The notes: generated by a model from the sequence alone, not told the origin. 15,093 nucleotides of DNA from Sulfurimonadaceae bacterium (GCA_041548245.1 JBFESZ010000046.1:1-15093); one strand, 5' to 3'. Counted from the stretch's first letter, positions 7,371 to 15,093 are shown. A program made the numbers and translations.

Positions 7371-8291
7371 GTGATACGTAAAAACCGGTGGATATTTTTA
7401 CTGCTGCTCTTAAGGCCTCTGTTGGCACAGGAGGTCCTTTTTCAGCAGAAGTGTATTGATTACGATAGTACGGAACATGTTCTGTTACGTAGTTATCCCT
7501 CATCAAAAGAGTCTCTTCTTGTCAATACACAGAATTTAAAAACTTTAGTTCACTCTTTTAAAACGATACCGAAATTTTTCCCATGTCAGCAAAACACACC
7601 TTACCAGAATCTCAAAAGAGCAGCTTTGAAAGCGCCAAAGAGTATTAGTAACAGAGGTCTTAAAACGGGGTATAAAGAGGCTTGTGTATTAAGTGTGGAT
7701 ATGTGTCCCTCACGAAAAAAAGGGTTTGAATCAGACTTTTTTCAGACCTTGATTAGGATTAGAGAAGGCTATCCGGTAGCGATCAGCATAACAAAAAAAT
7801 GGGCATTGACGCATCGTATAGCGTTTGAACAGCTTAAAGCATGGGATGATAAGAAGATACTGGATATCACCTGGGTTAATCATGGAGCCATGCACCCTTA
7901 TCAAAAAGGTGTTAAGAATGAGAAAAACTTTATCAACCTTGAAGGTGTTGACTTCAAGAAAGAGGTTCTAGAAAACGAAGCGTTTTTGATTAAAGAGGGA
8001 AGGGTGCCTTCCGTATTTTACCGTTTTGCCGGTCTAGTATCGAACGAAGAGGTCTATGAGTGTCTGGTTAAGGGGTTGGGGCTTATCCCTCTGGGTAGTT
8101 CGGCGTGGCTGGCCAAAGGGGAAAGTATCCAAAAGAGAAGCATAGTCCTTGTACATGGGAATAAAAATGAACCCTTAGGGATCAGGCTTTGGTCCCAGAT
8201 GCACAATAGACTGCCGGTAATAGGTCTTCAAGAGATGTTCATCCGAGAACCTGGAAAAGCACTTTTATTTATACTCTGGAGAAACCCTTAA
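7371..8291 (+). CDS. Exported polysaccharide deacetylase (CE4/NodB fold, DxCPS subtype)
   Basis: Signal peptide MIRKNRWIFLLLLLRPLLA; motifs LSVDMCPS, WVNHGAMHP, PSVFYRFAGLVS, AWLAKG, IVLVHGN.NEP.G. Confidence 0.78.
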   Translation: MIRKNRWIFLLLLLRPLLAQEVLFQQKCIDYDSTEHVLLRSYPSSKESLLVNTQNLKTLVHSFKTIPKFFPCQQNTPYQNLKRAALKAPKSISNRGLKTGYKEACVLSVDMCPSRKKGFESDFFQTLIRIREGYPVAISITKKWALTHRIAFEQLKAWDDKKILDITWVNHGAMHPYQKGVKNEKNFINLEGVDFKKEVLENEAFLIKEGRVPSVFYRFAGLVSNEEVYECLVKGLGLIPLGSSAWLAKGESIQKRSIVLVHGNKNEPLGIRLWSQMHNRLPVIGLQEMFIREPGKALLFILWRNP

Positions 8292-9195
8292 TTAGATCAG
8301 CTTCGCTGACGTTTAGCAGCAGCTCTTCAAAGTCGTCGCAGGAGTAAAGATAAAGCTGATCACTTCGAAGACTAAGCAGTTCTTTAGAGAAACCACGCTT
8401 GGTAAAGAGCATATAGATATCCGGATGAAAGTCAACTTTTTCACATTTTTCACTCAATCTGTTGAGCTCTTTTTTGTTCATCTTATGGTTCTTCCATTTG
8501 CACTCACCGACGATAAGCCTATTGTCGATGCTTGTCGCCATAAGGTCTATCTCGACATGTCTGTCCCAATAGCTTCCACTGTCAATCAATTGCAAAGAGG
8601 AGAGTTTCATCTTCATCATCTCATTGCTCAGCTCTTCAAAGGTGTAGCCGAAAAAGCTTTGGCGATGTTTCTTGAAGTTGTAAAGTACCTTCTCATAATT
8701 ACCTTCTTCGATATATCGGCGCATCGGAGAGATAAAATAAAACCAAAAACGCAAAAAGGGAGAGGTGAAGCGCATTTTATGTGAGATACGGTGACGTGCA
8801 ACTTCGCGTTTAAGTTTTTGGCCGTCTTTGACCGGAGGCTCTTCTCTGGAGTATTCCGCTTCAAGTACACCTGTATTTTGTAGATGTTTGAGACTCTGGC
8901 CGCCGTAAAGATTACTGACGCCACTTTTATTAAAGGCTGAAAAGATACGTCTGTCACCACGGGCCAGTGTAGTCAGGAGCTTGGCATAGACAGGCTCATC
9001 GGTTGTGAGTGAGAGTATCTGGTTATGCAGGGGGATAAAATTGTCCAATATCTCTGTTTCGATAAGCTCTTCAAGAGGGGCATCGATGTCAATCTGCCAA
9101 CCGAGTCCTCCAAAGACGGAAAAATATTCGATCAGCCTCTCCATATCATGGATCTTGTGATGGAAATAAAATGATCTGAATTGCTGTCGTATCAT
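8269..9195 (-). CDS. DUF234-domain protein (winged-helix region plus PD-(D/E)xK-like C-terminus, no P-loop)
   Basis: YFSVFGG, F.SPFLRFWFYFI.P, FEELS, GSYWDRHVEIDL..LIVGECKW; ATGA overlap with the upstream phosphodiesterase gene. Confidence 0.82.
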   Translation of the reverse strand: MIRQQFRSFYFHHKIHDMERLIEYFSVFGGLGWQIDIDAPLEELIETEILDNFIPLHNQILSLTTDEPVYAKLLTTLARGDRRIFSAFNKSGVSNLYGGQSLKHLQNTGVLEAEYSREEPPVKDGQKLKREVARHRISHKMRFTSPFLRFWFYFISPMRRYIEEGNYEKVLYNFKKHRQSFFGYTFEELSNEMMKMKLSSLQLIDSGSYWDRHVEIDLMATSIDNRLIVGECKWKNHKMNKKELNRLSEKCEKVDFHPDIYMLFTKRGFSKELLSLRSDQLYLYSCDDFEELLLNVSEADLIKGFSRV

Positions 9196-9860
9196 AGTGT
9201 AGGATTGTTCTTCATTACGCCGTAGAGTCCTGCCTCTTTTTCTTTAGTGATATCTTCTTTGTCAACGGTCCAAAAGATGACTTTGTACTTTTCAAGTAGC
9301 CCGTGTTGAACGACACACGCTTTGAGTCGGACATCGATATCAAAATAGCTGACGTAATGATAGCGTTTTTCAAACTCTTTGTCTTCTATGACAGATGGTT
9401 TGTCAATAAGTTTGTGCAGTCGGATATGAGGATTGAGATGATGCATATACTCAAGGACTTTGTCGTCAAAACAGGAGACCTCGACCCAGTCCAGTTTGTC
9501 CTTTATTCTGTTTTCAATGACGTCGCAGAGTTTTTTAAAGGTCGAGTCGACGTATTTTATCTCCAGGATAAGAGTGGCTTTGCTAGAGGTCAGTCTTAAG
9601 AGTTCTTCGAGGGTAGGGATACTTTGTGCAGCACCTATATTAAGTGCTTTGAGTTCAGCAAGCGTAAGCGATTCTACAGCGGCCTTATGCCCGGTCATAC
9701 GTTTAAGCGTATCATCATGAAAGATCATGGCATGTCCATCACGGCTGAGTCTCAGGTCTGTCTCTATACCGTCTACACCGGCTTCAAGGGCTTTACTAAA
9801 GGCAAGGAGTGTGTTTTCAGGATAGAGTGCACTAAAACCCCGATGTGCGATTATTTTCAT
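9192..9860 (-). CDS. Cytoplasmic glycerophosphodiester phosphodiesterase (GDPD, UgpQ/GlpQ family), 222 aa
   Basis: True start MKIIAHRG at 9860; PENTLLAF, GIETDLRLSRDG..IFHD, IPTLEE, LEIK, WTVD. The ORF-track extension to 10019 overlaps the divergent gene. Confidence 0.92.
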   Translation of the reverse strand: MKIIAHRGFSALYPENTLLAFSKALEAGVDGIETDLRLSRDGHAMIFHDDTLKRMTGHKAAVESLTLAELKALNIGAAQSIPTLEELLRLTSSKATLILEIKYVDSTFKKLCDVIENRIKDKLDWVEVSCFDDKVLEYMHHLNPHIRLHKLIDKPSVIEDKEFEKRYHYVSYFDIDVRLKACVVQHGLLEKYKVIFWTVDKEDITKEKEAGLYGVMKNNPTL

Positions 9861-9884
9861 AGAAACTGCCTTTTGTTTTTTGGT

Positions 9885-9897
9885 TATAATCATTATA
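9885..9897. promoter_or_regulatory. Symmetric bidirectional -10 element TATAAT-c-ATTATA
   Basis: TATAAT on + at 9885-9890 and on - at 9897-9892, inside a 48-bp gap between divergent ATGs (9860 and 9909). Confidence 0.72.
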
Positions 9898-9908
9898 CAG
9901 GAGTTGAA

Positions 9909-11006
9909 ATGCAAACTCAATACGATGCGGTTATCCTTGGTGCAGGCATCAACGGTGTGGCAATAGCAAAAGCCCTGGCTGAAAAAGGCAAGAGAGTGTT
10001 GCTTATAGAGAAGAGCCATATTGCTGCGGGTGCCTCTTCACATTCATCCCGACTTATCCATGGAGGACTGCGATACCTTGAGCATTTTGAGTTTGCTCTT
10101 GTCAAAGAAGCCCTGCATGATCAGAAATATCTTCTAGATACGTATCCTCATCTGGTTAAACTACGTCCGTTCTATCTACCAATCTATACCAGTTCCAGGC
10201 GTTTTGCTTGGATGATTGGTTTTGGACTTTGGCTTTACTCTTTGTTCGCGCAACATGGACAAAAGGCCAAGAGAGTTGAAAAAGAGGAATTTTTAAAAAA
10301 GTTCCAGATACTTAAAGAAGAGGGATTGGAGTCGGTGTATCGCTATTATGATGCTAAGACAAATGATGATGCGCTGACACATACTATCGCTCAGGAAGCA
10401 AAAGATAAGGGTGTCGAGATTTACGAGAACACAATATTGAAGGCACTGCATATCGACGATGAGACAATCACGCTTGAAAGTAGTGCGGGCAAGGTGAACA
10501 CACATCTTCTGATCAATGCCACAGGTGCCTGGGTGGATGAGCTTAACGCCAAATTCAATCTTCCTTCTTCCTTCAGAATAGAAAAACTCAGTGGTATCCA
10601 TCTGGTCATTGACGCTAAACTTGTACCTGAACCCCTGATCCTGGAGACTACAAGCAAGCGAATATTTTTTATCATCCCTGAAGAAGACAGGACGATTATC
10701 GGTACCACGGAACGCAGCGAAGACAGAAATGTAGACGATATCAGGGTTAATGATGAAGATATAGAGTACCTTTTACGAGAGAGCAATAACTATCTGCGTA
10801 CAGCGCTTAGACGCAGTGATATAAAAGAGGTTTATATCGGTACGCGGTCCATCATCAAAAGCCAGAAAGACCCGACTCAGATGTCCAGAGAGTACAAGCT
10901 TGATCTACATCGAAGAGGAATAAACAGACTGCTGCATGTTTATGGAGGAAAGTTGACGACCTTCCCATCCTTGGCAAAGAGGGTGTTAAGGGTTTTGAAA
11001 ATTTGA
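9909..11006 (+). CDS. glpD: FAD-dependent glycerol-3-phosphate dehydrogenase/oxidase, short form (365 aa)
   Basis: ATG 9909 after AGGAG; GAGING Rossmann motif, ASSHSSRLIHGGLRYLE, INATGAWVD, GIHLV, RIFFIIP, IGTTE, SREY, GGKLTT. Confidence 0.88.
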   Translation: MQTQYDAVILGAGINGVAIAKALAEKGKRVLLIEKSHIAAGASSHSSRLIHGGLRYLEHFEFALVKEALHDQKYLLDTYPHLVKLRPFYLPIYTSSRRFAWMIGFGLWLYSLFAQHGQKAKRVEKEEFLKKFQILKEEGLESVYRYYDAKTNDDALTHTIAQEAKDKGVEIYENTILKALHIDDETITLESSAGKVNTHLLINATGAWVDELNAKFNLPSSFRIEKLSGIHLVIDAKLVPEPLILETTSKRIFFIIPEEDRTIIGTTERSEDRNVDDIRVNDEDIEYLLRESNNYLRTALRRSDIKEVYIGTRSIIKSQKDPTQMSREYKLDLHRRGINRLLHVYGGKLTTFPSLAKRVLRVLKI

Positions 11007-11849
11007 TTACTTCAGGTAGATCCCATTCTCTTTAACGTCGATCTTATCGTTTTCGATAAGAGTAGTAAGCGCTCTTTTATAGGCTTTTTTGCTCAGTCCA
11101 AAGACATTTTTTATCTCTTCGGCATCACTTTTATAGTTATAGGGAAGTCTTCCTTTGTGATCAGCGAGTAAATCGAGTATCTTCTTTTGCCCTGCATCGG
11201 AATTCTTATCACCTATGCGTTGTAAAGAGAGATCAAGTTTACCATCCGGGCGTGATCTTTTCAAGAAAGCTTTTTTCGTATCGCCTACTTTGACCTCTTC
11301 AAATATCTCATTTGAAAAGATCATCCCTTCATAGCGGTTATTGACAATACATTTATATCCCATAGGTGTCTTTGCCATGATCAGGATTGAGACTTCCTGA
11401 TTAGGTTTTAACTCCTTTTGATGAAACTTTAGATGTTTCGTAAGGCGTTCTGAACCGATTAACCGGTGCGTCTTTTCATCATAGTCGACATAGAGTATGC
11501 GTTTTTCACCGATTTTAAAGTTTGATTTTTGGTGGGTCTTTGGTACAAAGAGGTCTTTTTGAAGACCCCAGTTCACAAAGGCACCAAAGGGGGTTAGGTC
11601 AACGACCTCAAAGAAGCCATATTCATCTAACATGGCCAATGGTCTTTCCGTGGTGGCGACGATACGGTCTTCAGAGTCTGTATAGACAAAGACGTCAATC
11701 TCATTATCTACATGCATTGCTTTAGTGACATATTGATTGGGAAGAAGTACGTCTTTCCCATCTGCAGCCATTAAAAACAGACCCGGTTCAGTGATTCGAT
11801 CGACGCGGAGGATATTTGTGCTACCAAGCACTAAGTGTTCATTTATCAT
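11007..11849 (-). CDS. cvfB: CvfB/YitL-family S1 RNA-binding domain protein
   Basis: VLLP, VFVYTDSEDRIVAT, GAFVNWGLQKDLFVP, DGKLDLSL, and C-terminal winged helix KSDAEEIKNVFGLSKKAYKRALTTL. Confidence 0.92.
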   Translation of the reverse strand: MINEHLVLGSTNILRVDRITEPGLFLMAADGKDVLLPNQYVTKAMHVDNEIDVFVYTDSEDRIVATTERPLAMLDEYGFFEVVDLTPFGAFVNWGLQKDLFVPKTHQKSNFKIGEKRILYVDYDEKTHRLIGSERLTKHLKFHQKELKPNQEVSILIMAKTPMGYKCIVNNRYEGMIFSNEIFEEVKVGDTKKAFLKRSRPDGKLDLSLQRIGDKNSDAGQKKILDLLADHKGRLPYNYKSDAEEIKNVFGLSKKAYKRALTTLIENDKIDVKENGIYLK

Positions 11850-11855
11850 GATGGA

Positions 11856-11864
11856 AGTATAGCA
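11856..11864 (-). promoter_or_regulatory. Extended -10 (TGc-TATACT) 6 nt before the cvfB ATG, overlapping an 8-bp inverted repeat
   Basis: Minus strand reads TGC TATACT tccatc ATG; no Shine-Dalgarno. Confidence 0.62.
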
Positions 11865-11938
11865 AAGAGATACTTCCTAATAGATTTAAGAAAAAATCTA
11901 CTTGCAGTACACCTGTTCTTTAATGTTATAGTCTATAT

Positions 11939-12034
11939 TCAGCTTTCACTGTCTCCCCAAATCAGACTGATGATATATGCCAAAAGAAGAAAAGCCGGGG
12001 CTAAATATAAGATTGTATAAGCATCTATATCCAT
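11939..12034 (-). CDS. Unannotated 31-aa single-transmembrane small protein
   Basis: AGGAG (12046-12042), 7 nt, ATG 12034. Translates MDIDAYTILYLAPAFLLLAYIISLIWGDSES, stop TGA 11941-11939. Has a 20-residue hydrophobic core and fills an otherwise empty 232-bp gap. Confidence 0.68.
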   Translation of the reverse strand: MDIDAYTILYLAPAFLLLAYIISLIWGDSES

Positions 12035-12081
12035 AATCATTCTCCTGTGTCTATTATGCTTCTTGTATTCTTTTAAGTAAC

Positions 12082-13305
12082 TTAGTGCCGCTCATTGAGT
12101 TTGTCCCAAGCATCTTGCTTGAATTCAGCTTTTTTCATCTCTTCGGCTTCTTGTTTTCTTCTTATCTCTTCTTCATCTTTGAGATGTATTTCATCGAGTT
12201 CAGCTTTTACTTTCGAGTTTTGATACTCTGCACTTGTCGTAAAGAGAAGTTTAAGGTCAGAAGCACTTGTCGCATAGCTAAAGGCTGTCTCTTCATCAAT
12301 CTGTCCAGCCAACGTGAGATTGAAAAGGGCTTGGTTAAAGGTAATCGAACCAAAGATATGCTGCTCTTCCGCCATGACTTCAGGGATGTCTGCATCTTGT
12401 CCGGCACGTATCATATATTCGATTCGTGGGCTTGTAAACATCATTTCAACCGCAGGAATAAGCTGATCTTTCAGACTTCTGATGAGTCGTTGGGAGACAA
12501 CGGCTTTCAGGTTTGTCGCAAGGTTCATGCGGACCCGGTTCTGCTCTGAAGTTGGAAAGATGGCGATAAGTCGGTCAATGGTCTCCCTGGCATCAGTGGT
12601 ATGAAGGGTGGTAAAGACAAGTTGACCGGTATTTACGGCGTGTAAAACACTCTCTGCTGTCTCAATATCACGTAATTCACCTACGACGATGATATCCGGA
12701 TCTTCACGCAAAGCAGAACGTAAAGCCGTATTGAAGCTATGCGTGTGGTGCCCGATACCCCTTTGCTCGATGATACATTTCTTATCAGAGTAGATATATT
12801 CGACAGGATCTTCAATGGTGATGATATGGCGAGCCTGGTTGACATTTATCTCTTCGATGACAGAGGCCAAGGTTGTTGACTTTCCGCTACCTGTCGTTCC
12901 CGTGATGATAACAAGTCCGCGTTTTAGTTCACTGAGTTTATGAATACCCTGAGGAAGGTTGAGCTCGTCAATGCTTCTGATTCTTTTAGGAATAAGGCGG
13001 AAGACGATGGCAATTCCATTGAGATGAACAAACATGTTGACACGAAAGCGGAGATGGTCGTCTACGACATAAATACTGTCAAGTTCATGATCTTTCATAA
13101 ATGCGATATAGTTTTTACCGGCAATCTCTCTCGCTATGTTTTCGACACTTTCGGCATCTAGGATCTCTGAGGAGAGCTGAACGATCTCCTCATTGATACG
13201 GGCACTGATAGGCGCATTGGTTTTGATATGAAGGTCACTTCCATTTTGTTCGTTTAACGTGTTTAGGTATTGTTTTACAATGGTCATATGATCCGAGGTA
13301 TTCAT
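12082..13305 (-). CDS. pilT: PilT/PilU-family type IV pilus retraction-type ATPase
   Basis: GSDLHI, RFRVN, Walker A GTTGSGKST, Asp box TIEDPVE, ALREDPDIIVVGELRD, His box TGQLVFTTLHT, SQRL; AGGAG RBS. PilT and PilU cannot be distinguished by eye. Confidence 0.9.
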   Translation of the reverse strand: MNTSDHMTIVKQYLNTLNEQNGSDLHIKTNAPISARINEEIVQLSSEILDAESVENIAREIAGKNYIAFMKDHELDSIYVVDDHLRFRVNMFVHLNGIAIVFRLIPKRIRSIDELNLPQGIHKLSELKRGLVIITGTTGSGKSTTLASVIEEINVNQARHIITIEDPVEYIYSDKKCIIEQRGIGHHTHSFNTALRSALREDPDIIVVGELRDIETAESVLHAVNTGQLVFTTLHTTDARETIDRLIAIFPTSEQNRVRMNLATNLKAVVSQRLIRSLKDQLIPAVEMMFTSPRIEYMIRAGQDADIPEVMAEEQHIFGSITFNQALFNLTLAGQIDEETAFSYATSASDLKLLFTTSAEYQNSKVKAELDEIHLKDEEEIRRKQEAEEMKKAEFKQDAWDKLNERH

Positions 13306-13323
13306 GTCTTACTCCTTAAGATG

Positions 13324-14874
13324 TTATTTGATTTCGACGACTCTGTTTCTACCATGCTCTTTTGCAGAGTACAGAGCCACATCGGCACGCTTAAACAGGG
13401 TATGTTCATCATCATCCCTACGCAGTTGTGTGATACCGAAACTACAGGTAATATGTATGCTGACACCAAAAATATGTTCATCAATTATGGTTCTAAGTTT
13501 TTCAGCCAGTTTGACAGCCTGGGAGGAGTCGGTTTCGGGTAAAATAATCATAAACTCTTCACCTCCCCATCGTGCTAAAAAATCAGATAGACGTATCTGG
13601 TTTGAGACGAGATTACATAATTCGATCAATATGTCATCACCCGTATCATGACCAAGTTTGTCATTGATCTGTTTAAAGTGATCTATATCGAAGAAGATGA
13701 TGCTTAAAGGCTGATCATATCTCAATGCCGTCTGTATGGAGGTATTCATGACAAGGTTGAGCTTGTTTCTGTTGGCTATATTGGTCAACTGATCCGTCGT
13801 CGCCAGTGCCTCTTGTATGTCTGCGGAGCGTTTTATGGATAGAAAAAATAGAACCAGCAAGATAGAGAAGAGAAGCGATATAAAGAAGGAGACAATTAGC
13901 TGGAAGAGATAATCATCGTGCATGAATGAGGTGAAATTGTCTTGCTTGTAGGAGATAAAATAGGCCACATGTTTGTTTTCAATATTTAGTATCGGCGTAA
14001 AAGTGATGAGATAGGTCTTGTCTTTAATATGGCTTTGAAGGATGAAAGGCTCGCTTTGATCCAGTTTTATACGGGCTTGTTGTGCTATCTTTTTATCGAT
14101 CGTTTCGATAAGTTTTTGGTCAATATGTTTATAGGCCTGATTTGAAGCTGTGTCTTTGTCTCTTAAGTATTTTTCAGAAAGATAGGTGGAGAGGTAATTG
14201 TCTCGCTCATCCTGGTTCACTTTTGAATCTCTGACCTCTTTTTTGAGCAGAAGATCATAATAGGCCGGGTAGATCTTTTGAGCTTCATCTCTGATGGCAC
14301 TAAAGGAGTAGGATATCTCTACCGTACCGATCAGCCGTTTGTTCGACAAGATAGGGTAGACGTTTCTAAACCCGTTATAGATGCGTCCTTCCTCAAATCC
14401 ATGGACGGGTGTTTTTGTCCTATTGACTTTGTCGATGGAATAGCGCACACCGATCAGTGAGTCGCCAAATTTATCAGGACGATGAAAACGCAAGAAACTT
14501 GTATTGCCTTGCAAGTGAAAATGAAGTTGTCTGATATTTTGTTGCTTCAAGTTATTGTATAGAGGCAGAAGTGCTTCGTAAAGCTCCTGACGCCAGATAG
14601 CAAGTTCATCTTCATTGATGGCATAGTTCGCTTTTTTTATGATGTTAATTATTTTTTCATCATGGATAATGTTTTCATAAATGGTTTGTGAGACAAGGGT
14701 ATAGGCGTTCTCGTAAGAGTGCAGTTGCATGCTTGCTTGTTCGAGTTTATTAAAAAAATATATCTCTTCTTTTTCATGCATTTGCTCAGTTTGAAAGAGG
14801 TAAGCCGATAGGAAAAACAGAGCTGTAAGTACAGGTACGGCAAATACAGCATAAATAATCCTGGATGTTTTCAT
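13324..14874 (-). CDS. Membrane-bound sensor diguanylate cyclase (TM, Cache-like periplasmic domain, TM, GGDEF)
   Basis: Two TM segments. Periplasmic QLHFHL..SFLRFHRPDKFGDSL..R..GFEEGR..GFRNVYPI (dCache_3-like). DQLT..NR, DIDHFKQIND.LGH.TGD, I-site RLSD, active ARWGGEEF. Confidence 0.93.
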   Translation of the reverse strand: MKTSRIIYAVFAVPVLTALFFLSAYLFQTEQMHEKEEIYFFNKLEQASMQLHSYENAYTLVSQTIYENIIHDEKIINIIKKANYAINEDELAIWRQELYEALLPLYNNLKQQNIRQLHFHLQGNTSFLRFHRPDKFGDSLIGVRYSIDKVNRTKTPVHGFEEGRIYNGFRNVYPILSNKRLIGTVEISYSFSAIRDEAQKIYPAYYDLLLKKEVRDSKVNQDERDNYLSTYLSEKYLRDKDTASNQAYKHIDQKLIETIDKKIAQQARIKLDQSEPFILQSHIKDKTYLITFTPILNIENKHVAYFISYKQDNFTSFMHDDYLFQLIVSFFISLLFSILLVLFFLSIKRSADIQEALATTDQLTNIANRNKLNLVMNTSIQTALRYDQPLSIIFFDIDHFKQINDKLGHDTGDDILIELCNLVSNQIRLSDFLARWGGEEFMIILPETDSSQAVKLAEKLRTIIDEHIFGVSIHITCSFGITQLRRDDDEHTLFKRADVALYSAKEHGRNRVVEIK

Positions 14875-14906
14875 AATGACCCTCTTTCTTCAAAGCTAAC
14901 CTCTAA

Positions 14907-14915
14907 AGTATAGCA
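14907..14915 (-). promoter_or_regulatory. Extended -10 (TGc-TATACT) for the DGC-pilT unit
   Basis: Minus strand reads ctaTGcTATACTttagagg, 32 nt before ATG 14874, with a GAGG RBS in between. Confidence 0.6.
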
Positions 14916-15093
14916 TAGAAAACAGTTTATATGATATTGTGTGATTAAATTGAAACCAAATTGGATGAGAACCAGCTATATGAAGCTACGTTTGAAGACT
15001 CTTTAGATGATTGCCTAAAATGCTTTATTATACGTAGTTTTAAAGTTTTTAAAGGCTGTGTAACCGCATTTTTATTGACGATGGATTGGAGAA

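Noticed and set aside
9624-10019. Long overlapping starts for GlpD (9624) and GDPD (10019)
   Set aside because: Family motifs begin at 9909 and 9860; the extensions would overlap the opposite gene and look non-coding.
11835-12020. 61-aa + strand ORF in the cvfB-pilT gap
   Set aside because: It has no RBS, overlaps the cvfB start and has no recognisable features; the minus-strand 31-aa ORF has much better signals.
2733-14852. Remaining short ORF-track entries nested in or antisense to the called genes
   Set aside because: They are wholly or largely overlapped by well-supported genes and show no recognisable motifs.
14961-15093. Open + strand frame running off the right edge (LDENQLYEATF...)
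   Set aside because: TTG start without an RBS and no recognisable motif; more likely intergenic, though it cannot be excluded without downstream sequence.

Overview
Gene-dense, AT-rich bacterial chromosomal window, probably from a free-living Campylobacterota (Sulfurimonas/Sulfurovum-like; inferred from gene content and TGnTAnnnT promoters). The left third holds a c-di-GMP-controlled adhesin release module on the minus strand: lapG (periplasmic cysteine protease), lapD (degenerate GGDEF/EAL receptor) and a large LapA-like adhesin. The adhesin is missing from the ORF track because it runs off the window. It has an N-terminal retention module, a TAAG LapG site and alternating A/B Ig-like repeats. 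The middle holds aguB, a C-terminal J-domain protein, an apparently catalytically dead secreted endonuclease I homologue, a CE4 deacetylase, a DUF234 protein, and a divergent glycerophosphodiester phosphodiesterase / short GlpD pair sharing a symmetric bidirectional -10. The right holds cvfB (candidate leaderless mRNA), an unannotated 31-aa single-TM small protein, an orphan PilT/PilU-type ATPase and a Cache-GGDEF diguanylate cyclase. No rRNA, tRNA, CRISPR array or IS element was recognised. All family calls are from motif recognition, not database searches.
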